Shown here piece by piece: positions 32,301-51,987 of a DNA stretch of 64,000 nucleotides (its first letter is position 1; each line of letters opens with the position of its first letter). The notes beneath the pieces are model-generated. The model was not told the origin of the DNA. It worked only from the letters and a program-made list of their open reading frames with translations, and made no database searches. The position numbers were made by a program, and so were the translations under genes. The DNA comes from the human T2T-CHM13v2.0 reference genome, Homo sapiens, in NCBI RefSeq assembly GCF_009914755.1, contig NC_060930.1. One strand, 5' to 3'.

Positions 32301-33967
32301 CTAGAGTACTTAAGTAACAGTATCATAGAAGGTTTCATCAGAGAGCATCTAATCTAAGCCCATCATTTTACAGATGAAGACTTTGAGGCCCAGAGAGGGG
32401 AAGTGACTTGTCTAAAGTCACACAGCATAATAAAGCACTTTTAAGTCTTGCCTGACAGGAAATATCTAGATAAGTTGGAAAACAGAGAGACAGAGAAATT
32501 AGGAAGAACTAGAAAGCACCACATCTAGAATTACTAACATGAGAATAAAAAGAAAAACATCTAAAATGGAGAAAATACAATACTTGAAGCTAGTATTGAG
32601 GTATATTTCAGAAAAGAGAAAGAAGTCTACGAGGCAACTAAGTTCTCCTCTGAAGATCAAGACCAATAATGATAAGGTTAGGTTATTCAGCACATTTTCT
32701 ATGTGCCAAACACTATTTTAAGCATTCTGTAGGTATTAACTTATTTAAGCTTCACAGCATGAGGATATGCTGCCTTATTTCCTATATTAACTTTTTCACT
32801 CAACTAGTTCATAATTTCTGTAATTCGGGCATCATAAACAGTTTACATTCCCACCAACAGACCAAGATATTACAGTTCACATTTTCCTTTATCCTCGCTA
32901 ATACTTATTTGACTTTCAAATGTTGGCAACATGGTGGGTGTAGAGTGGTAAGGGGGACACCATTGTTATCATCATCCTTTTACAGAAAATGACACCAAAG
33001 CACAAGTTAAGTAACTTGCCCAAGGGCTCACAGCTAAACGCTGACAGTTACGATTGAATCCCCAGCAGTCAGGTTCCAGAGCCCATGCTTCTTAACCGGT
33101 ACACATGATGCTGTTAGAAATGAGATGGTTCAGAGACAGTGCAACTTCTCTTAGGGAGAATTTAATATTTTCTTTTAGATTAGACTCTAGTACAATGCCA
33201 AGAACAGAAACTCCCTCACCAAATAATTGCCCTCTCAACTTTATTGCCACCCTGTCATCCAAAGCAACTCCCAGACCCTAAGGAATGCAAGAAAGAAAGC
33301 ATATGCAAAGCAATTTACCACCAGTGGTCATGTGCTGCCACCTTTCGTTATCTTCCCAGGACAGCACCTGTGCAGTTCTCCTCGGACAGTTCACTCAGGC
33401 CAAGGAACAGATTGTCAGGAAAGACATGTGAATTCTTTGCCCTTCCAGGCTGTTTTCACTTCATGTTAGGGGCTTCATGATACTGTTTTCCCAGAACTGA
33501 CATAACTGATTGGTATAGCACTTGGGAGCTTATTCTTCCCATCCCTGAGCTTCTGTTTCTCAGTTACGGTGAGGGTTGAAGGGAGTTATATGTTCCTCAG
33601 GGCAGCCTATACGAGACATAAACATTTTCACAAACAGTAAAATACACAACACACACACACACGCACAAAACACACAAGCAGCTTCCTTAACCATTTTGTA
33701 AGCAGATTATTAGAAAATAACTCTGCCTTCGTTTCTCACATATTTTGCACAAACCGATAGATGGAAAAACATCATGTACCGCCAAGACCAGGGAATAAGA
33801 GCTCAGCTGGCAAATTAGGGGTTTTCCCTATTTCCCTCCCTAACGAGGTCAAGCTGTGTTCAGGTTAAGGCATGCTGAATTTGAAACGACAACCCACTCA
33901 AGTTGAGATATCCAGAAACAAATACCATGAGTTAAGAAAGAAGCCACACTGATATAAAGAAATGAGA

Positions 33968-33973
33968 TTTATT
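33968..33973 (-). terminator. HLA-DMA polyadenylation signal AATAAA
   Basis: tttatt on + strand, ~230 nt downstream of the stop codon. Confidence 0.8.
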
Positions 33974-34203
33974 GCCTTGTGGGGGGAAGGGATGTGGTTG
34001 TGATAGGCAGGCCACTCTGGGATCCCTGGGATGCAAGCCCAGGGACAGCAGAGTCCCCAGGTGGGAAATCTACACACACACCCCAGGGATGTCCCAGAGA
34101 CTTCTTCTACCCTAAGAGGAGATCCTGGGCAGGATGTGAGAAATCTGAGCATCCTCTGTTTGGATGGCCGAAGCTGCTGGCATCAAACTCTGGTCTGGAA
34201 GAA

Positions 34204-38376
<4,173 letters not shown>

Positions 38377-38511
38377 ACCTTCTTGCCACACAGTAGGTAG
38401 GAGCTACCAACCCAGCCAACCCAGCTTCCCCAACTCCCTCCCCGAGAGGGTGGCCTTAGATCATGTTTTGCCAGATCATTTCCAATAGGTGCCCTTGTCA
38501 TTTTGTCTAAA

Positions 38512-38553
38512 CCAATCAGAGAAGCGTAGGGTTTAACATCATCAGTCACTGGG
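38512..38553 (-). promoter_or_regulatory. HLA-DMA MHC-II X box / Y box module
   Basis: X box CCCAGTGACTGATG (38540-38553), 20-nt spacer, perfect Y box CTGATTGG (38512-38519). Confidence 0.9.
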
Positions 38554-38725
38554 GAGACGCCTGGGGCCAGTAACCTCCTGAAGACTTGGCTGTTTGACCA
38601 GGGCAGAGTATGGCATGTAACTGGGCTGGGAAGCCCAGTGGAGGAATGTTGCTTCCTGGTGGAGTTCCCTCTTTGGTTTCAAGCTGTCAGCCTCAGTCTG
38701 TAAGCGACCAGCTGGCTCTTCAGAG

Positions 38726-38743
38726 CAGTGCCACCTCCTGGCA
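38726..38743 (-). promoter_or_regulatory. Candidate CTCF motif upstream of HLA-DMA
   Basis: Reverse complement GCCAGGAGGTGGCACTG, close to the CCASYAGRKGGCRS core. Confidence 0.55.
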
Positions 38744-40109
38744 GAATGCTGCAATGGGGAACCGCATCTTCCCCAAGTAAACCCCCAGGGCTCTTCGGAC
38801 CCTGCCTTCTCCTCCCTCCTGGCTCTTCCTCTTTCTCAAAAAAACTTATTCTCCTTCAGGCATTAGCTCTAATTCATTTGGCAGACATATATTGAAAATA
38901 CAAGAAATTCTGGGTGTTGGGCCCAGGGCTAGAAATACAAAGATGAATAGGCATAGTCTGCCTTCAAAGAGCTTAGAGTCTAGTGCTGGGGGAGGGGGCC
39001 AAGGGATAATTACACAACAATGTAATGTATTCAAATAAGAATGTGCCAAGTGTTTTGGAAGTCGCAGTAATTTTATGAGGATGCGGAATAGGAGGAACAT
39101 AATCAGGCAGGCTCCTAAGACTTGAAGGAAAAACAATTTGGCCAGCAGAACATGAAGGAAGAGAAAAACACGCCAGGGCAAAGGGTAGGCAGAAGTACAA
39201 AGATCACAGGCATCCAGAGGTCCTCTTTGGAGACCCTGTGTACTAGTTGATATGAATGTTGTGAAGGTCGCTTGGGTGTTCCTGTATAATAGGAGGTAAT
39301 GGGGGGTAGAAGGATGTTGTGATAAGCTACAAATTCGGGCAAGGGCCAGATCACGTGGGCCCTGCTACGCCACAAGGAGGAGCTTGCTTTTACTTAGCAG
39401 ATGATAGAGATATTAAAACTGGGGAATGACAATCATTTTAGCATTTTGGAAAAAATGTTCTGATTGATATTTCAAACAATGAACTGGAGCTTTTAAAGAA
39501 TTGAGGCAAAACTGCTGGGCAAGAGTCTATAGCATACCAAGATGAACAGTTGCACATATACACACCACTCCTGTAGCAATACAGCAATAATTTAAATGAC
39601 AGATAATAAGAGCCTGAATTAAGTCATAATTAGAGGAGGCGGAGGAGATAGAATATCAAGATAATTAGGAAGTAGAATCTAAAGGGTTTGGCTACTGATT
39701 AGCTGTGGGAGTGGGAAGGTGGAGGAGTCAAAGATATCTCAGATTTCCAGCATGGGTGGCTGGGTGGGTGGTCAGGGATGGACTGAATTGAAGCAGAAAA
39801 GAATGCCATGGGAGCAGGTTTACAGAGAGAAAGAGCTTGATTTTGTACATGTTGAATTTGAAATGCCAGTGGAACAGCCAGCTGAAACTGCATGGGAGCG
39901 CAGTGAGGCGTGTGGGTATGGACCCCAGGTATGGTCTGAAGACCCTGATTTGAGAGTCATCAGCACAAATGTCGAAGCAGAGGCCATGAATAAGATCACC
40001 CAAGTAAACTGTGCAGAAGGAGTGGGAAGTGAAACAAGGACAAAAGCATGCATGGGCTCAAACCCCAAACCTCATACCAGTTATCCAGGATCCAGTCAGG
40101 AGCATTTAA

Positions 40110-40620
40110 CTACTTTATGTGCTTCAGACTGAAAGAATTTAATATAGAGAATTGGTTACAAAGGTGTTAAAAGGGCAAGAAGTACAAAAAAAAAAAAAAA
40201 AGGAGAGTCCTAGAAATGTACATTTTAAAAAAAGATTGCTATCTGGAAATCAGAAGCTGCCATCATCCCTGAGCTGGAATCTGTAAATCTACTCATTGCC
40301 TTGTGAGAGACACTGTCATAGTCAGTTCCAATCTACTAGAAAGGTGCCACCTCCTTCAAGGCTAGAATCCTTGAGAAGGTACTTCTGCTCAGGAGGCTGG
40401 AGTCCTGAGTCTCCCATTCTTCCTGCTGCTACAGCTACAGCCAATAGCTACCAGCTATTGCCAGCCACCGACACTGTTTAGAGGCTGAAGCAGGATGCTT
40501 CTCAGTTTCTCTTGCCTTCTGATCTCCCATCAGTGCCTCCTACTGGCAGAATCAAAAAGGAAGCCAGATGTCCAGGAAGGCTGGGAAATACACACCTGGC
40601 TGACTCCTAAGCTAAGCAGT
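40110..40620 (-). mobile_element. Ancient ERVL-type LTR (LTR33-like) within L2
   Basis: gaatttaatatagagaattggttaca and gccttctgatctcccatcagtgcctcc...ggaagccaga motifs. Confidence 0.5.
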
Positions 40621-41140
40621 TCAAAACACCGTAGAGGAGGGTGTGTGTGTCACTGAGACAAAGATAATAACGAGTACACTGAAATACCCTGGTTTGTAAG
40701 AATCTGGTGGCACGAGGACCATCCAGAGCACTAAGAAAAGACCAAGGTAGATGCAGATCAGAGAAATAAAAAAGAGGTGTGCCATGAAGGAGGGCAAGGT
40801 CAGCATTTTTAAATGCTACTCAAAAGTCAAGAAAGGATTGAAAAGTGTCCTTAGATTTGGTGATTATGAGATGGCTGACAAATTTATTGAGAGCAGTTTC
40901 AGTGTTGTAGTGGGAGTCAACTCCAGATTGTGGTGGGCTGAGAAGTAAGTGGGAGGTGAGGAAGAAACTGTCAGTGTACATGCTTCAAGTTTGTTAGACA
41001 AAAGAAAGAGAAAGACAGAAGGGGTGGGGGAAGAGGCAGTGAGAAAGCTCTAATGTGGCAATCAAGTAATCTGAGAAATTAATATATGTGAATATTGTCC
41101 AACAGTGTTTCTGAGGCTTTCAAAATTCATACCTTCCACC

Positions 41141-41305
41141 TTTTTTTTTTTTTTTTTAAGACAAAGTTTCCCCTGTTGCCCAGACTGGAGTGCAGTGGCT
41201 ACTTACAGGTGCAATCATAACTCACTCCAGTCTTGAACCCCCGAGTTCAAGCAATCCTCCCGCCTCAGTAGCTGGGGACTATAGGCACATGCCACTGTGC
41301 CTGGC
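41141..41305 (-). mobile_element. Alu monomer / AluJ fragment
   Basis: T tail, ctggagtgcagtggc, gtagctgggactataggc. Confidence 0.8.
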
Positions 41306-41637
41306 TTCATATCCTCTTTTGATAAACAAGTAATAGCAGCAGTAATAGCCAAAAACAAAAACAACTCTATGACCTCCTAGATATTCTGGAACAGCAATGT
41401 GTATATATGTGTGTGTGTCTGTGTGGTGGAGGCAGGGTGCCAGGGAAGGACTAGGGTTTGGAAATCATGGTAACCCTCCAGAAAACAAAAGAACATTTCC
41501 CAGTATCCCAACATTTATGCACTAACCCATCAGCGGTTCTGGCAGTGGGGAGATTCAGGCCCCTGGACAGTAGAAAAGAAGTTTATGAGACTACCAGTGG
41601 GGAGACATATGGGACACAGCCACCTAGAGTCCTAAAC

Positions 41638-42078
41638 CAGGGGTTAGCAAACTTTTTCTGTAAAGGGCCAGATGGCAAATATTTTAGACATTGTGGGCTA
41701 TCAGATCTCTGTCATGAGTACTCAACTGTGGCACGAAAGCCTCCATGCACAATATGTAAATGAAGGAGAGTGGCTGTGTTCCTAGTTTCCTCCTAGCTTT
41801 TCCTCCCACTTCTTGAGCATCTCCTTCTCAGTCTCCTTCATAGACTCCTTCCTTTCAGCTACTCTTTAAATACTGGTGTTCCCTGGAGTTTTTGTCCTCA
41901 ACCCTCTTTTTATTTATGGACACTAAAATTCAAATTTCATGTAATTTTCATGTGTCACGAAATATTCTTCATTTGCTTTTTTTTTCCCTAACCATTTAAA
42001 AATGTGAAGACCATTCTTAGCTTTTAGGCCATTTAAAAACAGGTGGTAGGCAAGATTGTGCTCACAGCCCATAGTGTG
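41638..42078 (+). mobile_element. MER58-type hAT element, interrupted by an L2-like fragment
   Basis: caggggttagcaaactttttctgtaaagggccaga start; tttatttatggacact...tgtcacgaaatattc continuation. Confidence 0.7.
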
Positions 42079-42759
42079 CTGAATGATGCTCTACACGTGG
42101 TCAGAATTGGTACGAAAGCCCCAAATTAAACCCACCCTTCAAAGAAGAACCTCAGTCCCCTTATTATTGGATTGGCAATCAGTTAACAAACACTTTGTGC
42201 CAGTTACACCAGTCTATTTGGAAGGAGATCTGGGGAAGAACAGGAGAAACTAGACTGGGTGGAAGGGCATAGGAATAGGTACAGCAGACACTGCAATTTC
42301 TCTGGGTGAGAGGAACAAGGCAGAGGGGTCCAAGTTCTCCATAGGGAGCACAGTGTAGACAAGACCAAGGTGAGGACAAACATAACCATCCCTCACCAAG
42401 ACTGTGGTGAGGGGTGGTTAACTCCATTCTCCCCTTCTATAATCTCAGTTTAAATGGTAACAAGTTCAAACACTTATAACTACTCTTCCCTCCATGTAAT
42501 CCTTCCCCACCAGGACCTCCCAACTACCTCCATCATAAGTATCTCAGGAATAGTCTCTCATCAGTTTGGAAAGTAATAATTGTGGGCAAGAGATGAGCAA
42601 GGCAGCCAGTTCTGCTTTGCAGTAGTTCACTGTCTACTTTGTCATTAGCTATGAATGCCTCTGAAAATAATGGCACAGCACCGGTAAATCCAGGAGGCTC
42701 TGGCTTTCTAACACTCAGCTCTGCCATCCCTTTCTAGCATTTAAAAATGGACTCTATTT

Positions 42760-43094
<335 letters not shown>

Positions 43095-43129
43095 CTAGCA
43101 GAGTCAGATTTCTTGGAAAAGTCATGGGC

Positions 43130-43595
43130 AACTGTGGCCCCGCTCCCATTCTTGCCATTTAATCTTTTAACTCTCAACAATGCAATTGTTCACCAATACT
43201 TTTGTGTTGCCAAATCAAATGAACTAGTCTCTGCAACATCTGACACTGTTGGCCATACCCTATCTCCTAAATTGGTCAAATTTCTGGCATCCCTGATGGC
43301 ACTCTCTCCTAGTTTTCCCTCCTACTTTTCTGGCGTCCCCTTTTCAGTCCCTTTGGGACTCCTTTCTTTCAGCAACCCTTTAAGTATTGGTGTTCCCTGG
43401 AGTTTTGTCCTCAACCTTTACTCTTCTTAGACTATACACTTGCCCTGGATGGTCCTCTCATTTACTCCCACATGCCTTCTGTTACCACCCATTTGCTAAT
43501 GTCTTCCAAGCTTACCTCTTCAGCTCAGATCTTGCTCTGAGTTCCACACTACCCATATCTGAACCACTTCTGGTCAAATCCACTTGGATGCTATG
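43130..43595 (+). mobile_element. L2 fragment
   Basis: tgttgccaaatcaaatg...tctctgcaacatctgacactgttggcca, L2 RT-region motif. Confidence 0.7.
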
Positions 43596-43604
43596 CAATA
43601 GCAG

Positions 43605-43657
43605 TTTTTTGTTTTTGTTTTTTTTTTAAATATGGAACGCTTCATGAATTTGCATGT
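43605..43657 (-). pseudogene. 5'-truncated U6 snRNA retrocopy (3' 30 nt plus poly-A tail)
   Basis: Reverse complement ACATGCAAATTCATGAAGCGTTCCATATTT versus U6 3' end ACACGCAAATTCGTGAAGCGTTCCATATTT: 28/30, both differences are CpG transitions. An A-rich tail follows. Confidence 0.9.
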
Positions 43658-45698
43658 TCTTAAACTGTATTCTTCACAATAGCGTTCCTCAAGAAATAAA
43701 AAAAGTAAGTTTGATGATAGCAATCATTTATTTTTGAATTTATTTCCACATAGACATAATGCAACATCAAACACATTTATATAATATTTTTTATTATGTA
43801 ACAATTTATTATATTTAATAAGTCTATTTATTGCAAGCAATAGAAACCAATTCTGGCTAACTTACATTTTAAAAATGAGGATTTATTGGAAAGATACTGA
43901 TCTAACTCATGAAATGAAAGTAATAGTTGAATAAGCTAGCCTCAGGTAGAATAGCCACAGGGACCTTAGAAGCAGGGGTTGAGTTGCCATTAATATGCTC
44001 ACCTGCAAAGGCCTCCTGCCTCTTTATCTTTCAAGTTTTGCTTTGCTGGGAGAGCCTCTCTCACTGGCTCAGCTTGTATTAGGTGTGTACCACTGGATTC
44101 ATTGGTTGTGGCCAGGTACAGTATTACCTCTATGGATTAGAGCTATTCCTAGAGAAGGGAGAATCATATGAAAAGTAACCACCTCAATACAGCTATTTTC
44201 AACATATGGCATCTCAGACAATTGTATGAGATCATCTGAGGCATAAACATAAGGTTAAATCTGTGTATTAATGCTCAAACAGCATTTCCTAACTACTCAG
44301 GTGACATATGTCATCTGCTTGATGATCTCTGGTCGGTCACTTGTCTTATCACATATTCAAATTACATTTATCATGTGATTCAATATTGATTTATTAATTT
44401 AAAATTATATATTCCACGAATTTCCTTTGAATCTCTGACTAAAAAGGTTTTTTTAATTTTACTTTGAAAAGCTCCAAGCACACACAGAAGAGAAGAATCT
44501 AATAAACTCCAATGTACTCTCATGAATGTCAACAATTTTCAACATTTAACATTCTTCCATTCTTGTTTCATCTATTGTTCTGCATTTTTTGGAGTATTTT
44601 AAACAAATTCTGTCATTACATTTCACCAGTAAATACTTTTAGGCATATCTATAATAGATAATAACCTTTCCCTTAACATAACTATAATGCCATCACCACA
44701 ACCAACAAAATTAAAAATTACTTAACTTCATTTGACCCAATCTGTTCATTTCTCCTAGTTATCTCAAAAATGTGTAAGAGAATGAAGTTTTAAATGAAAA
44801 GCAGTGTCTTATAATTTTCAAACCGTGCCATTAGTTTAAAAAAATTGGTGAGTTTTCTATTTTATGTTTCATAAGCTATTGATGGTTCAATAATGAATTC
44901 TAATTAGGTATTCCATAGGCAAATAAAGTTAGCAATTGTTACTCTGAATGTATCTCCATCTCAAGATTACAAGAGTACACTCATCACTTTCCCTTCCCAA
45001 TATATTCCAACTCCTCTCTTATATTTAAGACTTCAGTGAATAACAAGATGTCCACCCGAGCTACAAATGTGGGTCATCGTTGATGACCCCATCTTCCTCA
45101 AACCTTCCCATTCAATTGTCCTAACAATTCTACCTTTCTAATAGCTCTTGAATCTTCCTTTCTTTTCCTTCCATTCCTACTGGTCCAGGCCTTCAATGGT
45201 TGGTTTTCACTGATTATTGCAACTTTCTTTATAATTGGTCTCTCTCTCTCCAATCTTATTATTTTCCACAGTGCTGCCAGAAGGATATTTTTATTATGCT
45301 TAGTTGATCATATTATACTTCTGCATGAAAACCTTCCATGATTGTTAATGATCTACTTTCCTTGTCATGACCCATAATGACCTGAAGTCTACTTACCTAC
45401 TTCTATATGTCTTTTCAGGTGAAATCTCACTCCTCTCAGGAAGCCTTCCTTGAACCCAGAGTTGAGATTAATAGCCTCTTCAGTACGTTTCCAAAGCACC
45501 CTGTGTTGGCCATTATCACTGTTTTAATTGTATTATTCTCTTCCATTTATATGTCTGTTTCATAGTCACCTCATCTCTACTGCAAGGTCCTTAGGGGAGG
45601 GTGTACTATATATATATATATCTCCACCAAGAGGCCCACTAAGTGACCTTTCACTCGATGAACAAATGGGCTACCAGTCTCTGAAGGTGCTGAACTGA

Positions 45699-46103
<405 letters not shown>

Positions 46104-46584
46104 TCTCTATGAGCCATTTTACACCTCCACAGCCTTCCCTATATACTCTACTACCCTTCCAATTCCATTCTAGGCCCTTCCCAAGCTCCTTGCCAACTAC
46201 CATTTTCTTCCTACTCCCTGCCACCTCCTGTTTCAGAGAGCAAACCTAGCCATCCAGCTCCCACATTTACTCTTATTTCTACCTCAGTACATTTCTCCAT
46301 ACCCATATTCATCCTCCCTTTTAGTGACATTACTATGATGCAGCAATCCTTACAACTACTCTACAAGGTTATAATTTATTATCCCCATTATATAAACAAG
46401 AAAACTGGGACTCAGAAAGGTTCATTTATTTAGCAAATATTTATTGGCCACCTTCTGTGTCTAGCAGTATGCTCTGTATCAGATACCTGCCATCATCACA
46501 CTTAAAGTCTAATGAAAATAAAGAGACATTAAACAAGAAAACATACAAATTTATAAACTAAAAGGTCCACACACACACACACAC

Positions 46585-48625
46585 AAAATCTCTTAGAATT
46601 GATAAATTCAGTACAGTTGCAGGATACAAAATTATCATATAAAAATTAATGGTGCTTCTGGATACAAACAGTAAACTAGTGGGAAAAGAAATCAAAGAAA
46701 GTAATCCCATTTACAATAGCTACAACCCCTCCCCCCACCAAAAAAACAAAATAGAATACCTAGAATAAACCAAGGAGGTGAAAGATCTCTACAAGGAAAA
46801 CTATGAGACACTGAGGAAAAAAACTGAAGAGGTCACAAAAAAATAGAAAGACATCCTATGTCTTCGGAAGAATTCGTATCGTGAAAATGACTGTACTACC
46901 AAAAGCAATCTACAGATTTGTTGCAATTCCTATCAAAATACAAAGATATTCCTTGCAGAAACAGAAAAAACAAACCTAAAATTAATATGGAACCACAGAA
47001 AACACAAATAGTCAAGGTAATTCTGAACAAAAAGAACAAAGCTGTAGACATCATACCACCCAACTTCAAAATATACTACAAAGCTACAGTAACTAAAAGA
47101 GCACGGTACTGGCATAAAAACAGATACACAGACCAATAGAACCGAATAAAGGACCCAGAAATAATAGATCCACATCTTAACAGCCAACTGATTTTCAACA
47201 AAGGTACCAAGATATTCAATGGGAAAAGGACACACTCTTCATTAAATGGTGCTGGGAACACTGAATAACAATATGCAGAAAAATACAACTACACCCCCAT
47301 CTCTCATCAAATACAAAAATTAAATCAAAATGGATTAAAAACTTAAATGTAAGACCTGAAACTATAAAAGTTACTGTAAGAAAATACTGGGGAAATGCTC
47401 AAGACTTTGAGCAAACATTTTTTGGTTTAAGACTTCAAAAGGAGAGGCAATGAAAGCAAAAATACACAAATGGGATTACATCAAGCTAAAAGGCTTCTGC
47501 CACAGCAAAGGAAACAATCAACAGAGTGAAGAGACAACCTTCAGAATGGGAAAAAATATGTGCAAACTATCCATCTGATAAGGGATTAATAACCAGAATA
47601 TATAAGGAACTCAAACTCAACAGCAAAAATCCTCCAAATAATCCCATTTGAAAATGGGCAAATGATCTGAATAGACATTTCTCAAAAGACATACAAATGG
47701 CCAACAGGCATATGAAAAAATTCTCAACGTTACTAACCATCAGGGATATGCAAATCAAAACCACAATGAGATATCATCTGAATCTAATTAAAATGGCTAT
47801 TATCAAAAAGACACAGATAAGAGATACTGGTGAGGATGCAAAGAAAGGGGAATGCTCATATACTGATGGTAGAAATGTAAATTAACATAGCCACTATGGA
47901 AAACAGCATAAAGGTTCCTCAAACAACTAAAAATAGATCTACTAGATGATTCAGCAATCCCACTGCTGGGTATATATCCAAAAGAAAGGAAATCAGTGTA
48001 TCAAAGAGATGTGTACATGCCCATGTTTATTTCAGCACTACCCACAGTAGCCAAGACATGGAATCAATCTAAGTGTCTATCAAGTGACTGGATAAAGAAA
48101 ATGTGGTGTATATATATACAATGGATACTAGTCAGCCATAAAAAAGAATGAAATCCTGTCATTTCCGGCAACATGGATGGAACTGGAAGTCATTATGTTA
48201 ATGAAATAAGTCAGACACAGAAAAAAAAATATCACGTTCTCATAAGTGGGAGCTAAAAAAGTTGATCTTATGGAGGTAGAGGGTAGAATGATGGTTACCA
48301 GAGACTGGGAAAGGGAGGGGGTGGAGGGGGGATGAAGAGAGATTCATTAATGGTTACAAAAATATAGTTAAATTGAAGGAATAAATTCTATAGTGTTTGA
48401 TAGCACAGCTGGGTGACTACAGTTAACATTAATTTACTGTATATTCCAAAATAGCTAGTAGATTTGAAGTGCTCCCAACAGAAGGAAATAATAAATGTTT
48501 GAGGTGATGGATATCCTAATTATCCTGATTTGATCATTACACATCGTATGCATGTATCAAAATATCATATGTACCCCATAAATATGTACAATTATTATGT
48601 ATCAATAAAAAATAAAAAAAAACAA
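46585..48625 (+). mobile_element. L1MA-type ORF2 3' part and 3' UTR
   Basis: Remnants [36 protein letters not shown]; poly-A end. Confidence 0.92.
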
Positions 48626-48950
48626 TTCAGAAGTCCATAAACTTGGATGGAATAAAAAAAAGTCAACTTTATTTTCAAAAAACTCTCACTGAAATCTAAT
48701 TTTATGAATGTAGAAAATAAATCTTTGTAGTACCAGCCAGCAGCTGTAACACTGTCATCAATAGAAAACACCATCAATTAATATTTTCATATCACATTAT
48801 AGTTGTTACAGACATCTTAAAATATCACTTACAATTATGGGAGCTGTTAAACTTGCCAAAAAATCATGCTTTTTAATGTATTAGTAAAGAAACACTGTAT
48901 TGTATTAATACAGAAACACATACTACTAGATCATCACACGTTTCTTTGAA

Positions 48951-49218
48951 TATAGTAGTGTCCCCCACACAGCACCAAATGTGATTATACAGTTTATTCC
49001 TATCCATAGATATACCTATGATAAAGTTTAATTTATAAATTTGCACAGGAAGAGATTAACAACAAAATAGGACAATTATATTGTAATAAAAGTTATGTGA
49101 ATATGGTCTTTCTGTCTCATACACAAAGTATCTTATTGTACTTATTTTCAGACCAGGTTGACCTTGGGTAACTGAAATCACAGAAATTGAAACTGCAGTT
49201 AAGGGGGGACCACTGTAT
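48951..49218. mobile_element. MER44/Tigger-type DNA transposon remnant
   Basis: ggttgacc..gggtaactgaaa...aagggggaccactgta terminal repeat. Confidence 0.6.
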
Positions 49219-49739
49219 TTTGATAACTATAGTTTATATTTTATTTTATGCATTTACAAATATTATCAGACAAGATCCAAAGGCTTCACCAAACTGCCAA
49301 AAAAGCTAATGGCACATAAAAAGCTTAAGGAGTCCTGATTTAATCAGTCATTCAATGAACATGACATCCTTCCTGGAACCATCTCCTGTTCTAGCTTCCT
49401 CACATTATGTTGCTCTGCTTCTCCTTGAGATCTTCCATTGGTTCCACTTCCTATTCTTGCTTCCTGTATGAAGATGTAACCCAAAGCTCAATCCTTCACC
49501 CTAAATTGTTTTTATACCCCCTCTTTTACAAACCTCAGCTACCTTCGTGGCTGATTCAAACATCACCTCAAAGGTGACTCTCAAATCTGCTTTTCCTAAT
49601 CTTTTTTCTCTAACTTCAATCTTGGATCTTAAACTCCCTGCTGTGCCTAGTAAACAGAATAATATGCCACCCAGAGTCAGCTGGGTTCAAATCCCAGTTC
49701 TGCTACTTACTAAAGGTGTGACCTTAGGTAAATATTACC

Positions 49740-50424
<685 letters not shown>

Positions 50425-51624
50425 GTCCTTTGCTTCTGTTGTTTCATTTGAAAACTGAGGGTGATAATATTAGTATTGACTTTATAGGGTTATAAGGATT
50501 AAAAGAGTTACTACATGTACTCATTGCAGTACCTGACACATTTTAACTACTCAATAAATGTTTTGTATCACCAATCACATCTCCTTCCAACCCCGACATT
50601 TTAATTTGACGTTTATTAACATGGACGGTGCCAGCCACTGGAAGACAGAGTTTCTATCTAACAACATAATTCTGATCAAGTCATTAGTCAAAAAATTTCA
50701 GTGGTTCCCCACTGATTCCAAACTTAACAGCACTGGAAACCTTCTATAATGTGTTCTCTAATATAAATTTACCTCCCATTTTCTCTTCTCCTGCTCTACT
50801 TCTTGTAGCTTATGTTCTGGCCAGACTGGACTAGACTACTCTCTGTGACAATAACCTGTGCTGTTCTATGTCTGTCTTTCCTCACATAATTCTAATGTCT
50901 CAGGTTTGAAGGCAATAATTTTGTCTATGATTATTCCCCTATACATGGCACCCCATAAAACATACACATTTCAATCTTACCTAAGTCACATACTTACTTA
51001 CACATCAATTCACCTCCATATTTGCTCAATTTGTGAGAACCTAATATTGGCCAGATACTGTGCTAGGACCTAGGGATATTAAAAAAAAAAAAAAAAAGCA
51101 AAGCAAGAAAAAGAATGCATAATGGCCCTGCTCTCAAAATCAAGGTCTAGTACTAGAGAGAAACATGTAATCACATAAATGCCATTCACTGTGGAAAGTA
51201 AAATCATAAGGGGAAGGGACACCAAAGAATGAGCAGTTAGCTCAACTTGAACAGTAACATTAAGCTTTTCAGAGATGTTATTTGGGCGTACATAGATTGG
51301 GGAAAAGTCTACTCCATATAGAAAGTGCACATGTGTAAAACACAGAGGCATGAAACAAAATGATGTGTCTGGGAAACAGTTCAATACAGCTGGAATATAG
51401 GGCCCAAGAGGAAGTGGTTAGACATGAGGCTGGAAAGCTAGGCAGACTGTTTTGGCAAACATAGGAATTTGGACTTTATCACATAGCCAATAAGGAATAA
51501 CACAGAGTTTTAAAAAGAGCTATGGCCAGGGCTATATTTTGGAAAGCTCTCTCCTGGCAGTATTGTGGCAGAGGCAGAGAGGAAAGTCTAAAGCAGCACT
51601 GTCCAACAGAACTTCTTGTAATGA

Positions 51625-51987
<363 letters not shown>

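Noticed and set aside
33506-33513. Perfect Y box CTGATTGG between DMA and DMB as a distal S-X-Y module
   Set aside because: No X-box-like sequence at the required ~20-nt spacing.
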